Positions 27,848-38,500 of a stretch of DNA of 64,000 nucleotides are shown in pieces. Source of the stretch: a virus; the IMG/VR virus record IMGVR_UViG_3300044639_001144; one strand, given 5' to 3'. The notes under the pieces are model-generated. The model had not been told where the DNA came from, ran no database searches, and saw only the letters and a program-made list of their open reading frames with translations. A program made the position numbers and the translations under genes. How positions within the stretch are numbered: the stretch's first letter is position 1; every line of letters begins with the position of its first letter.

Positions 27848-29722
27848 TTATAATATTACAGCAGTGATGACTTTTGTGCCGGTATCATTGTTAGTTTCAA
27901 GTGATTTGGCAAATACAGCCTGACCGTAACCGCAATCTCTACCAACACTGACAGCGTATCCTGCTACACTAGATGTTACTAAACTATCGCCTTTTTCAAC
28001 AGGACCAGTTACTTTTACCGGAACACGACCGCGTAAGGCTACCGGAAGCCCTGTCTGTCCAGTGTTCATTAGATAAGCTGGATTTGTAGATATTGCTCCT
28101 GCTACTCGCTCGTCAGCCATTTCTGTTGTGATTGTAATTTCGTTGTCGCCGCCAAATATAACAACAGTCCCAGGCGCATATTCATCATCAGCCAAGTAAT
28201 TTTCAGCCAAGTCAGCGTATTGTGCTGAAGTTGCTTTGGCAAATACTGTGTTGAAGTAAGTAGTGGCACTGCCAATATTACCTACACCGTTAGCGTTGGC
28301 ATTGACAATATTACCGCCAGTGATGTTACCAGTTGATACTGTTAAACTTGTGCCTGTTAGTGCGGCACCTGTAACAGCACCAGTTGCTGATATTAAACCA
28401 ACTGTGCGTAAGTTACCACCCTGTACGTTGCCAGTTGCAGTAAGTGATACAAATGTAGTACCTACAAATCCAGTACCAGCTGGTAAATATCCTGGGCTAC
28501 CAAAAAATTGTCGCCAAAATGACGTCGGGGATCCGCCATCAGATATAAGCATGATATTTTGTTGATACTGCAATGATATAGGACCATCTGTGCCCGATGA
28601 CCCAGTATATGAAAGATTAAGAGTACCATTCGCAAGATTTGATATTGATATTACTGTACCACTTGGAGCAGTCGTGGGTAGAGTAATTGTAATTCCCGCT
28701 ACAGTAACAAGTATATTTGTTCCATAATTGGAAGAAGTTAATGTGGTATTTGCCGCAATAACTTGTTGGCCCAGTGTTTTTAACGGTATACCAGTTAATA
28801 CTGAGCCATTGCCAATAAAGAAATTTCCTGTTACATTACCAGTAGCAGTTATTAGTCCAACTGTGCGTAAATTACCACCTTGTACGTTGCCAGTGGAACT
28901 TAACAAACCTCCGGTTAAAACATTACCAATTGTGGCGTTACCACTTACACCAAGACTGCCAGTTATGGAAGTAATGCCATCGGTAGTAATTTGTAAGCGA
29001 ACTGCAGCACCAGTTTCATCGGCAATAGTAAATGAACCATTGGGACTAAACTGATTTCCGTAATTGGATATTGACCAGTTTCTCACTGAGTTTACCAATG
29101 ATATTCTAGACATGACATTAGTGGATTGCGTTTGGCTTATATATCCACCAGATGTCGTTGTACCTCCGGTGGTTGTTGTACCTGTTACTGAGGTGCTTGA
29201 GCCTGTAATGACACCACCCACTACTGATGCTGCTGTGGTTGTACCTGTAACACTAGTTGAAGTACCTGTTATTACACCGCCTACTACTGACGCTGCTGTG
29301 GTAGTGCCAGTGACACTTGTTGAAGTACCAGTAATAACTCCACCCACAACCGACGCTGCTGTTACACGACCAGTAACACTTACGTTGGCACCTGTATTAA
29401 CATTACCTGTGCCATTTGGTGTCAAAACAATATTTCCGTTAGCAGCAGTAGTTTGTATGGTTAGTTCAGCAGTATCAGTGATTGCGCCTGACAATATCAA
29501 GTTACCACCGGTAATGTTACCAGTTGATACAGTTAAACTTGTACCTGTTAAGGCAGCACCTGTTACAGCACCTGTAGCACTTACAATACCAGAAACCAAT
29601 ACTCCTGTGCTGGTAACAGTGGCAATGGATACTGCATTACTTTGTAATACCAAATTACCAGTGAGATCACCAGTTTGGACTAAACTTGTTGTGGTCGAAG
29701 TTCCAGCTGATATATTACTCAT
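27848..29722 (-). CDS. Tail fibre with a C-terminal intramolecular chaperone/autocleavage domain
   Basis: GNxTGGN repeats; C-terminal SAQYADLAENY...GTVVIFGG..EIT...PVALRGRVPVKV. Confidence 0.8.
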   Translation of the reverse strand: MSNISAGTSTTTSLVQTGDLTGNLVLQSNAVSIATVTSTGVLVSGIVSATGAVTGAALTGTSLTVSTGNITGGNLILSGAITDTAELTIQTTAANGNIVLTPNGTGNVNTGANVSVTGRVTAASVVGGVITGTSTSVTGTTTAASVVGGVITGTSTSVTGTTTAASVVGGVITGSSTSVTGTTTTGGTTTSGGYISQTQSTNVMSRISLVNSVRNWSISNYGNQFSPNGSFTIADETGAAVRLQITTDGITSITGSLGVSGNATIGNVLTGGLLSSTGNVQGGNLRTVGLITATGNVTGNFFIGNGSVLTGIPLKTLGQQVIAANTTLTSSNYGTNILVTVAGITITLPTTAPSGTVISISNLANGTLNLSYTGSSGTDGPISLQYQQNIMLISDGGSPTSFWRQFFGSPGYLPAGTGFVGTTFVSLTATGNVQGGNLRTVGLISATGAVTGAALTGTSLTVSTGNITGGNIVNANANGVGNIGSATTYFNTVFAKATSAQYADLAENYLADDEYAPGTVVIFGGDNEITITTEMADERVAGAISTNPAYLMNTGQTGLPVALRGRVPVKVTGPVEKGDSLVTSSVAGYAVSVGRDCGYGQAVFAKSLETNNDTGTKVITAVIL

Positions 29723-29731
29723 ATGTTCTCT

Positions 29732-32700
29732 TTAAATAATTACCCAACGCTGCCCAGCGGTAACTGTGACAACTACACCACCGTTAGTAGTAATTGGACC
29801 CACACTAAATCCATTTGTATTCGCTGCTATAGTATAATTAGCTGTTACGTTGCTACTGTTAACTAAAATACCGTTTGTGGCTTCTACAACAGGAGCCTTT
29901 ACGCCGGATGATGTAAATGTTGCCACGTTGGCTGTGCCACCAACACCCACAGTTACATTACCACCACTTGCGGTAATGCTTACATTACTTGTACCATTGC
30001 TTATGTTTGAGCTACTGCCAGTACTAATTCCAGTCAGTTGACTGCCGTTACCCAGTATAAAGCTACCTGTAATATTACCAGTTGCTGATACAATACCAGC
30101 GGTCCGTAAGTTACCACCTTGAATATTTCCAGTAACACTTACGTTAGCGCCTGTGTTAACATTACCTGTGCCATTTGGTGTTAATACAATATTAGCATTA
30201 ACAGCAGTTGTTTGTAAGAGCAATTCGGTTGAATCAGTAATTGCTCCACTTAAAATTAAGTTACCGCCAGTAATATTACCAGTTGATACAGTTAAACTTG
30301 TTCCAGTTAATGCTGCGCCTGTTATAGCACCAGTGGCACTTATCAACCCTGCTGTTCTGACATTACCACCGGTTACGTTACCGCTAGCACTTACTAATCC
30401 TGCAGTATTTAAGTTAGCACCGGTGATGTTGCCAATTGCCGATGTTGCGCCAGCTGCTGTAACATTAAAAACCAGTGTGGTAGTATTGGATAGTGTATTG
30501 GCCCATTCGTATAGAGCTAATCCACCGGTACTGCCACCGTTTCTATTGACAATAATATCAAATTCGCCACCGCCGCCAGATCTATTCCATCCTAATAATG
30601 TTCTACCAGATGATGTAGTACCACCACCAATAGCAGCGGCTGAAATATCAGTTGATCCTAAATTCCAAGGCCCTACTATGAATCCGTTGATCCCTGTAAC
30701 AGTACCAGTGGCATACACCTGTCCGCTTGTTAGTAAGTTACCGCCAGTTACGTTAGCAGTAGCACTTACTAGTCCAACAGTTAAAATATTACCACCAGTT
30801 ATATTAGCTGCCGAAGTAATCGTTGAAGTTGCTGATACAATGCCAGCCGTTAGAATATTACCGCCAGTAACGTTTCCAGTTGCTGATACAATACCAGCTG
30901 TTCTGACATTACCACCTTGAATATTACCTGTAACACTTAAATTAGCACCTGTGTTAACATTACCTGTTCCATTTGGAGTTAATACAATATTAGAATTACC
31001 AGCACTAGTATTAATGTCTAACTGACCGGAATCAGTAATTGCACCACTTAGCAGCAAGTTGCCGCCGGTAATATTACCAGTTGATACTGTTAAACTTGTT
31101 CCAGTTAATGCTGCGCCGGTAATAGCACCAGTGGCACTGATTAATCCTGCTGTTAATATGTTGCCGCCAGTTACGTTTGCTGTTACTGAAACAACAGCAC
31201 CTAAATGACTTGATCCAGTAATAGTACCTGTTGAACTGATTAATCCAGCTGTTAATAAATTACCACCCGTTATATTGCCGGTTGCCGACACTAGGCCAGC
31301 AGTAGTAATATTTCCACCAGTTACGTTTGCAGTTACCGAAACAACAGCACCTAAATGACTTGAACCAGTAATAGTGCCTGTTGAACTAATTAACCCACCA
31401 GTTAATATGTTACCGCCAGTAATATTAGCAGCACTTGTAATAGTTGAAGTTGCTGAAATTAATCCAGCTGTTAAAATATTTCCATGTATCGCATTACCAG
31501 TACTGCTCATTAATCCAGCTGTTAACACGTTACCGCCGGTTACGTTACCAGTGGCGGTCACTAAACCAGCAGTTGTAATGTTGCCGCCAATTATGTTAGC
31601 TGCCGATGTAATTGTTGAAGTTGCTGAAATTAGTCCAGCTGTTAAGAGGTTGCCGCCAGTTACGTTACCTGTAGACGTTACAAGACCGGCAGTTGTAATA
31701 TTGCCACCAATTACGTTTGCTGCTGAAGTAATAGTACTTGTTGCTGAAATTAGGCCAGCAGTTAAAATATTGCCATGTATCGCATTACCAGTACTTGACA
31801 TAATACCAGCAGTTAGGATATTTCCGCCGGTTAAGTTTCCAGTTGCTGTTATTAACCCAGCGGTTACCACATTACCAGAAGTAACGTTACCTGTGACACT
31901 TAATCCTGAGGTATTACTCAGAGTCATGTAAGTATTTCCAGGTTGGAAGAATCTTAAATTAAGTAAATTATCAATTTCCCATGTTTGGTTTCCTGCCGAT
32001 TGGAATTGGATTCCGGCACCATCAGAGAGGCCATTGTTTAACACAATCCCCGATGTTGTAGTAATTGTTCCAGTTGCTGATATTAATCCGGCGGTTGATA
32101 TATTACCGCCGGCTAAGTTTCCAGTGGCAGTAATTCCAAGGCCCGCTGTTATATTACCAACTGAACTAATACCTAAACTTGATACCCAAACGTTTGATGC
32201 TGTGTTATATAATAATGTTGCGTATTCTGCGCCCGCAGGACCAACCCCAATACCGCCATTATTTGCTGCTGTTGCGTTAGCAGCATTGTTGGCCATATTA
32301 ATTTGTAAATCATTTGTGGTAATTGTATTAGAATTAATTGTGGTTGTTGTACCATTGACAGTTAAGTTACCTGTAATAACAACGTTACCATCAGTACCAC
32401 CCGATCCATTTGGATCAATAGTTAATGTTGGGCCAGCACCTACAATTAAGTTACCACTTAGTGTGATACCACCAACTGATATAGTTCCACTTGTTGTGAA
32501 ATTACCACCAGTCGTGTTGCCTGTTACGCTTAAACTTGTTAATGTACCTAAACTAGTGACATTTGGCTGTGCCGCTGTAGCAAGAGTACCTGTAATTAAT
32601 GTACCCGATAAATTACCGCCGGCAATATTACCAGTTGTACTGATTAATCCACTTGATGTTAAACTAGTTAATGTACCAACCGAAGTAATATTTGGTTGAG

Positions 32701-35590
32701 CATTTGTAGTAACAGTAGCAGCAGTTCCAACCGCCGATCCTGCTGATACAGCAAATGTTGCGTTTGCTACAGTACCAGTTACGTTACCACCGGTTAATGA
32801 TGTTAATGTAGAACCATTACCAATGTGATAGTTTGCTGTTATATTTCCAGTTGAACTAATCAATCCTGCTGTTAGAACATTACCGCCAGTTACATTAGCA
32901 GTAGCACTTACAATACCTGCTGTTAAAATATTACCATGTATTGCGTTGCCAGTACTTGACATAATACCGGCAGTTAAGATATTTCCGCCTGTTACGTTAC
33001 CTGTAGCAGTTACTAGACCAGCAGTTGTAATATTTCCACCAACAACGTTTGCTGCTGATGTAATTGTTGAAGTTGCTGAAATCAATCCAGCTGTTAATAA
33101 GTTACCGCCAGTTACGTTTGCAGTTACCGAAACTACAGCACCTAAATGACTTGATCCTGTGATAGTTCCTGTTGAACTAATCAATCCTGCTGTTAATAAA
33201 TTGCCGCCAGTAATATTACCATTTCCAGCTATAGTTCCAAGTACACTAACACCAGTTGGTGAAAATACAGCAACGTTACCGACTGTGCTAACTGATATAG
33301 TTACATTGGCGTTTGCCGCAGCAATGTTTAAATTACTTCCACCGTTTACAACGTTAGATACACTTGTAATAATACCAGTAAGTTGCGATCCATTACCCAG
33401 TATAAAGTTACCAGTAATATTTCCGGTTGCTGAAACTAAGCCGGCTGTTAAGATATTGCCGTGTATTGCATTGCCAGTACTTGACATTATACCGGCTGTT
33501 AGGATATTTCCACCAATAACATTACCTGCTGCGCTGAACAATGCGCTTGCTGCAAGAATAGCAGCGGTTACAGTTAATGTGCCGGCACCAGTCGTGCCAG
33601 TATTACCAGAAGCTTGTATACGAGCATCAAAATCAACATAATTAGCACTAGAATTAAAATCAATATAAGGAGTAGTAGCAGATGCGTTGTTAGCTTGAAA
33701 TCCTAATGTTAAAGATCCTCCTCCATCTGTACCTAATCCTACTCTACCAGTGGCAGTATTAGCAGTAACCGATGCTGCGACTGTAGCACCAGTAACTGAG
33801 GTACTTGAACCTGTAATAACACCGCCAACTACGCTAGCTGCGGTTACTATTCCAGCAGAACTAACTGCTCCTGCTGTTAGGATATTTCCGCCAGTTACGT
33901 TACCAGTAGCAGTTATTAATCCAGCTGTTAGGATATTTCCATGTATTGCGTTGCCAGTACTTGACATTAATCCAGCTGTTAATATGTTACCACCAGTAAT
34001 ATTTGCTGCTGATGTAATTGTGCTCGTAGCTGAAATTAGGCCAGCAGTTAAAATATTGCCATGTATTGCGTTACCAGTACTGCTCATAATACCGGCAGTT
34101 AATATATTACCACCAGTAATATTTGCTGCTGATGTAATTGTGCTAGTAGCTGAAATTAGGCCAGCAGTTAAAATATTGCCATGTATTGCGTTGCCAGTAC
34201 TTGACATAATACCGGCAGTTAAGATATTACCATGTATCGCATTACCAGTACTGCTCATAATACCGGGAGTTAGTATATTTCCAGTTGTTAAATTACCAAT
34301 TCCGCCAGTTATATTGCCAGTAGTTGAAAGTGTTGCCGCAGCCAACGTTATAGTAGTTACGTTTGACACAGTATTCATTTTTATACCATTAGTTCCGCCT
34401 GCCCATGGTATAATTGAAAATCCTACATTACCTATAGTAGGACCTGTAGTTAATATTGCTATGTCACCATTTGACTGTAAGCTGTTAAATGATCCAGCAG
34501 AAATATTGGGCAGTATAGAAATTGTATTTCCAGCATTAGTAACACTAAATGCCGCGCCAGTTCCTTGTGGCGCTGTGTCTGTGATAGATACTAATGTATT
34601 AACAGCAGCATTACCTGAAACAACTACTCTACTTGTTACAATGTTACCGCCGTTTATATTTCCAGTTGCTGAAATTAATCCAGCTGTTCTGACATTACCT
34701 GCTTGAACATTTCCTGTAACACTTAAATTAGCACCTGTGTTAACATTACCAGTTCCATTTGGAGTTAACACAATGTTAGCATTACCTGCACTAGTTTGAA
34801 TATCTAATTGACCGGAATCAGTAATTGCTCCACTCAATAGTAAGTTACCACCAGTAATATTGCCGGTTGATACAGTTAAACTTGTTCCAGTTAATGCTGC
34901 GCCTGTTATGGCGCCAGTTGAACTAATTAAACCTGCTGTTAGAAGATTGCCACCAGTAATGTTAGCGGCACTTGTGATAGTACTTGTTGCTGATATTAAT
35001 CCGGCAGTAAGTATGTTACCACCTAATATATTACCAGTAGCAGTTAATAATCCAGCAGATAAAATATTAGCGCCATTTATATTGCCAGTTGCCGTGAATG
35101 CTGATGCGCCTAATATTCCACTAATTGGAACAAAAGTTAAAAATGGTGAATTCCAAATTGTCTGAGCGTTAGCACCGTCATCTGCAACAAAATCAATGTA
35201 AAAAGTATTTGCCGAGCCGCTAAATGTTGTGTTTATAGTATTGGCAACAACGTTAGTTAGTAGGTTACCATTACCAAATAGGTAATTGCCAACAATGTTG
35301 CCCGTTGTACTGATTAAACCAGACGATGTTAAACTAGTTAATGTTCCTACTGATGTAATATTCGGTTGAGCATTGGTAGTAACTGTTTGAGCAGTAGTAA
35401 CTGTGCCGGAAATATTACCTACGATATAATTACCGTAGATATTTCCAGCAGCTGATATATTACCAGATGCACCAATATTAACAAATCCCGTCGCAGACCT
35501 AGTCCACGTGTTGTTAGCAGTGGAAAATACGTAAACAATATTGTTTACGGTTGCGGTTTGCCCATTTACGGGCGATACGGGAAATGCCAT
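29732..35590 (-). CDS. Giant repetitive tail fibre (1952 aa)
   Basis: N-terminal MAFPVSPVNGQ module, dozens of GN(I/V)TGGN(I/L)LTAGL(I/V)SAT repeats, C-terminal ...GPIT...VTVTAGQRWVII domain. Confidence 0.85.
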   Translation of the reverse strand: MAFPVSPVNGQTATVNNIVYVFSTANNTWTRSATGFVNIGASGNISAAGNIYGNYIVGNISGTVTTAQTVTTNAQPNITSVGTLTSLTSSGLISTTGNIVGNYLFGNGNLLTNVVANTINTTFSGSANTFYIDFVADDGANAQTIWNSPFLTFVPISGILGASAFTATGNINGANILSAGLLTATGNILGGNILTAGLISATSTITSAANITGGNLLTAGLISSTGAITGAALTGTSLTVSTGNITGGNLLLSGAITDSGQLDIQTSAGNANIVLTPNGTGNVNTGANLSVTGNVQAGNVRTAGLISATGNINGGNIVTSRVVVSGNAAVNTLVSITDTAPQGTGAAFSVTNAGNTISILPNISAGSFNSLQSNGDIAILTTGPTIGNVGFSIIPWAGGTNGIKMNTVSNVTTITLAAATLSTTGNITGGIGNLTTGNILTPGIMSSTGNAIHGNILTAGIMSSTGNAIHGNILTAGLISATSTITSAANITGGNILTAGIMSSTGNAIHGNILTAGLISATSTITSAANITGGNILTAGLMSSTGNAIHGNILTAGLITATGNVTGGNILTAGAVSSAGIVTAASVVGGVITGSSTSVTGATVAASVTANTATGRVGLGTDGGGSLTLGFQANNASATTPYIDFNSSANYVDFDARIQASGNTGTTGAGTLTVTAAILAASALFSAAGNVIGGNILTAGIMSSTGNAIHGNILTAGLVSATGNITGNFILGNGSQLTGIITSVSNVVNGGSNLNIAAANANVTISVSTVGNVAVFSPTGVSVLGTIAGNGNITGGNLLTAGLISSTGTITGSSHLGAVVSVTANVTGGNLLTAGLISATSTITSAANVVGGNITTAGLVTATGNVTGGNILTAGIMSSTGNAIHGNILTAGIVSATANVTGGNVLTAGLISSTGNITANYHIGNGSTLTSLTGGNVTGTVANATFAVSAGSAVGTAATVTTNAQPNITSVGTLTSLTSSGLISTTGNIAGGNLSGTLITGTLATAAQPNVTSLGTLTSLSVTGNTTGGNFTTSGTISVGGITLSGNLIVGAGPTLTIDPNGSGGTDGNVVITGNLTVNGTTTTINSNTITTNDLQINMANNAANATAANNGGIGVGPAGAEYATLLYNTASNVWVSSLGISSVGNITAGLGITATGNLAGGNISTAGLISATGTITTTSGIVLNNGLSDGAGIQFQSAGNQTWEIDNLLNLRFFQPGNTYMTLSNTSGLSVTGNVTSGNVVTAGLITATGNLTGGNILTAGIMSSTGNAIHGNILTAGLISATSTITSAANVIGGNITTAGLVTSTGNVTGGNLLTAGLISATSTITSAANIIGGNITTAGLVTATGNVTGGNVLTAGLMSSTGNAIHGNILTAGLISATSTITSAANITGGNILTGGLISSTGTITGSSHLGAVVSVTANVTGGNITTAGLVSATGNITGGNLLTAGLISSTGTITGSSHLGAVVSVTANVTGGNILTAGLISATGAITGAALTGTSLTVSTGNITGGNLLLSGAITDSGQLDINTSAGNSNIVLTPNGTGNVNTGANLSVTGNIQGGNVRTAGIVSATGNVTGGNILTAGIVSATSTITSAANITGGNILTVGLVSATANVTGGNLLTSGQVYATGTVTGINGFIVGPWNLGSTDISAAAIGGGTTSSGRTLLGWNRSGGGGEFDIIVNRNGGSTGGLALYEWANTLSNTTTLVFNVTAAGATSAIGNITGANLNTAGLVSASGNVTGGNVRTAGLISATGAITGAALTGTSLTVSTGNITGGNLILSGAITDSTELLLQTTAVNANIVLTPNGTGNVNTGANVSVTGNIQGGNLRTAGIVSATGNITGSFILGNGSQLTGISTGSSSNISNGTSNVSITASGGNVTVGVGGTANVATFTSSGVKAPVVEATNGILVNSSNVTANYTIAANTNGFSVGPITTNGGVVVTVTAGQRWVII

Positions 35591-38500
35591 TAATACCTTC
35601 CGACAGCTACTTCAATTACTCCTGTTGAATCTAAATCATAATTCTCTAGAGCTTTGCCAATGATACATCCTGGCAAGTATTTAGTGATATCTAAAGCAGT
35701 TGCTACACCTTTTATATCACTAGCAACTAATCTGTCTCCTTTTCTAATTGTTCCTACTACACTACATGGAACACGCCCAGTTAATGCTACTGGCAAACCA
35801 ACTGCACCTGAGTTCATTAAGTAAGCAGGAGCTGTTGAAATAATACCAGCTACTCTTGTATCATGTGATACAGTTGACGCAGTAATTTCATCAGCACCAC
35901 CAAATATAACTAGTGTTCCAGGAGCATATCCAGCATCAGCAATATAAGTTTCAGCTAAGTCGGCGTATTGTGCTGATGTTGATTTAGCAAATACTGTGTT
36001 AAAGTAGTTACTTGCCGAACCAATGTTACCTACCGCGTTAGCATTTGAATTAACAATATTTCCTACAGTAATTGTTCCAGTGCCGACTGATAAATTGCCA
36101 CCAATTACATTTCCTGTTATACTAACATTACTAGAAACTGTGACTATACCTGTGCCATTTGGAGTCAACGCAATATTTCCATTACTGCCCGTTATGATAG
36201 TTAATGCCCCAGTATCAACAATATTGCCTGTTACGTTTAAATTACCGCCTGATACATTACCTGTAGCACTAATTAATCCAGCAGTAGTAATATTACCACC
36301 AATTACGTTTCCAGTTGCGCTGACAATACCAGTTACATATTGTCCCGTAGTTGCCCAAACAACAACGTTTGGTGTTCCGGCTACGCCAACTGTAATGTTA
36401 GCACTAGCACTAGCAGTTACGTTACTTGTACCGTTTGTAATAGCATTAAATGTGCCATTCATTCCAGTTGATGCACCAAAATCATCAATCCAGTAGTAAC
36501 TTGTACCGTCAAATGTAAAGCGATACTGTACGTTTGTATCAGTGTTGTACCAGAAGTCACCCACGCTTGGGCTGCTTGGAGCAGTAGAGCTTGATGTTGA
36601 GCGTATACCACCACCAAATATGTTACCTGATGTGCTAATAATACCAGAAGAAACAATGTTTCCGCCAGTTATATTACCAGTTGAGCTAACGATACCTGCT
36701 GTTAGAATATTTCCACCAGTTATATTAGCTGCCGAAGTAATTGTACTTGTAGCTGAAATCAATCCAGCTGTTAATACATTACCACCAGTTACGTTACCAC
36801 TAACACTTAATAAACCAGTTACATATTCACCAGTTGGGGCAAACACAACTACGTTGCCAACACCACTTACTGATATGGTTACGTTAGCGGCAGCAGCGGA
36901 AATATTAACATTACTGTTGCCGTTTGTTACGTTTGATACTGATGTAATGATACCAGTTAATTGACTACCGTTACCAAGTATAAAGTTACCAGTTATGTTG
37001 CCAGTAGCACTAATAATACCAGCTGTTAGAATATTTCCACCAGCAACGTTTCCAGTAGCTGATACTAGTCCAGCTGTTCTGACATTACCTGCTTGGACAT
37101 TACCAGTAACACTTAAATTAGCTCCAGTATTAACATTACCTGTGCCGTTTGGAGTTAATACAATGTTAGCATTACCTGCACTAGTTTGAATATCTAATTG
37201 GCCAGAATCAGTAATTGCACCACTTAGCAGCAAGTTTCCGCCGGTAATATTGCCGGTTGATACTGTTAAACTTGTGCCAGTTAGTGCTGCACCTGTAATA
37301 GCACCAGTAGCTGAAATTAATCCTGCTGTTGTAATATTACCACCGATAATATTAGCAGCACTAGTAATTGTACTTGTTGCTGAAATTAATCCAGCTGTTA
37401 ATAAGTTACCGCCTATAATATTGGCAGCACTAGTAATTGTACTTGTTGCTGAAATTAATCCAGCTGTTAAGATATTACCATGTATGGCATTACCAGTACT
37501 TGACATAATACCAGCGGTCAATACATTACCGCCAGTTACGTTACCAGTAGCCGTTACTAAACCAGCGGTAGTAATATTACCACCAATTACGTTTGCTGCT
37601 GATGTAATTGTTCCTGTTGAACTAATCAATCCAGCTGTTAGTAAGTTAGCACCAACTACGTTACCGGTTACACTTAATACGTTACCTACTGTGTTAAAAG
37701 TTAATCCAGCTGTAGCAGCTAAATTGCCGCTATTATTAAATTGTACTTGTGTGTTTGCTCCTGCTGCCGTTACGTTACCACTAATACTACCCGCAAATGT
37801 TCCTACAAAGAAACCGGCTGTAGTAATATTACCTGTAGCACTTACTTGTCCAGCTGTTAAGATGTTGCCGTGTATAGCATTACCAGTACTTGACATAATG
37901 CCAGCTGTTAATACGTTGCCACCCGCTAAGTTTCCTGTAGCAGTAATACCAAGTCCAGCTGTTACATTACCGACTGAGCTAATACCTAAGCTAGATATCC
38001 AAACATTTGATGCTGTATTATACAACCATGTTGCATATTCTGCTCCTACTGGGCCAACACCAATACCGCCATTATTTGCCGCAGTAGAGTTAGCAGCATT
38101 ATTGGCCATGTTAATTTGTAAATCGTTTGTGGTAATTGTATTAGAATTAATTGTAGTCGTTGTACCATTAACGGTTAAGTTACCTGTAATGACCACGTTA
38201 CCATCTGTGCCACCTGATCCATTTGGATCAATAGTTAGTGTTGGACCTGCACCAACGATTGTGTTTCCACTAATTACAATTCCACCAACTGATAAAGTTC
38301 CACCTGTTGTGAAATTGCCACCTGTAGTATTACCAGTAATACTTAAACTTGTTAAAGTGCCAACTGAGGTAACATTTGGCTGTGCCGCTGTAGCTAATGT
38401 GCCAGTAACTAATGTGCCTGATAAATTACCACCTGTAATATTACCAGTGGCACTAATTAATCCAGCTGTTGTAACGTTGCCACCAATAACGTTTCCAGTG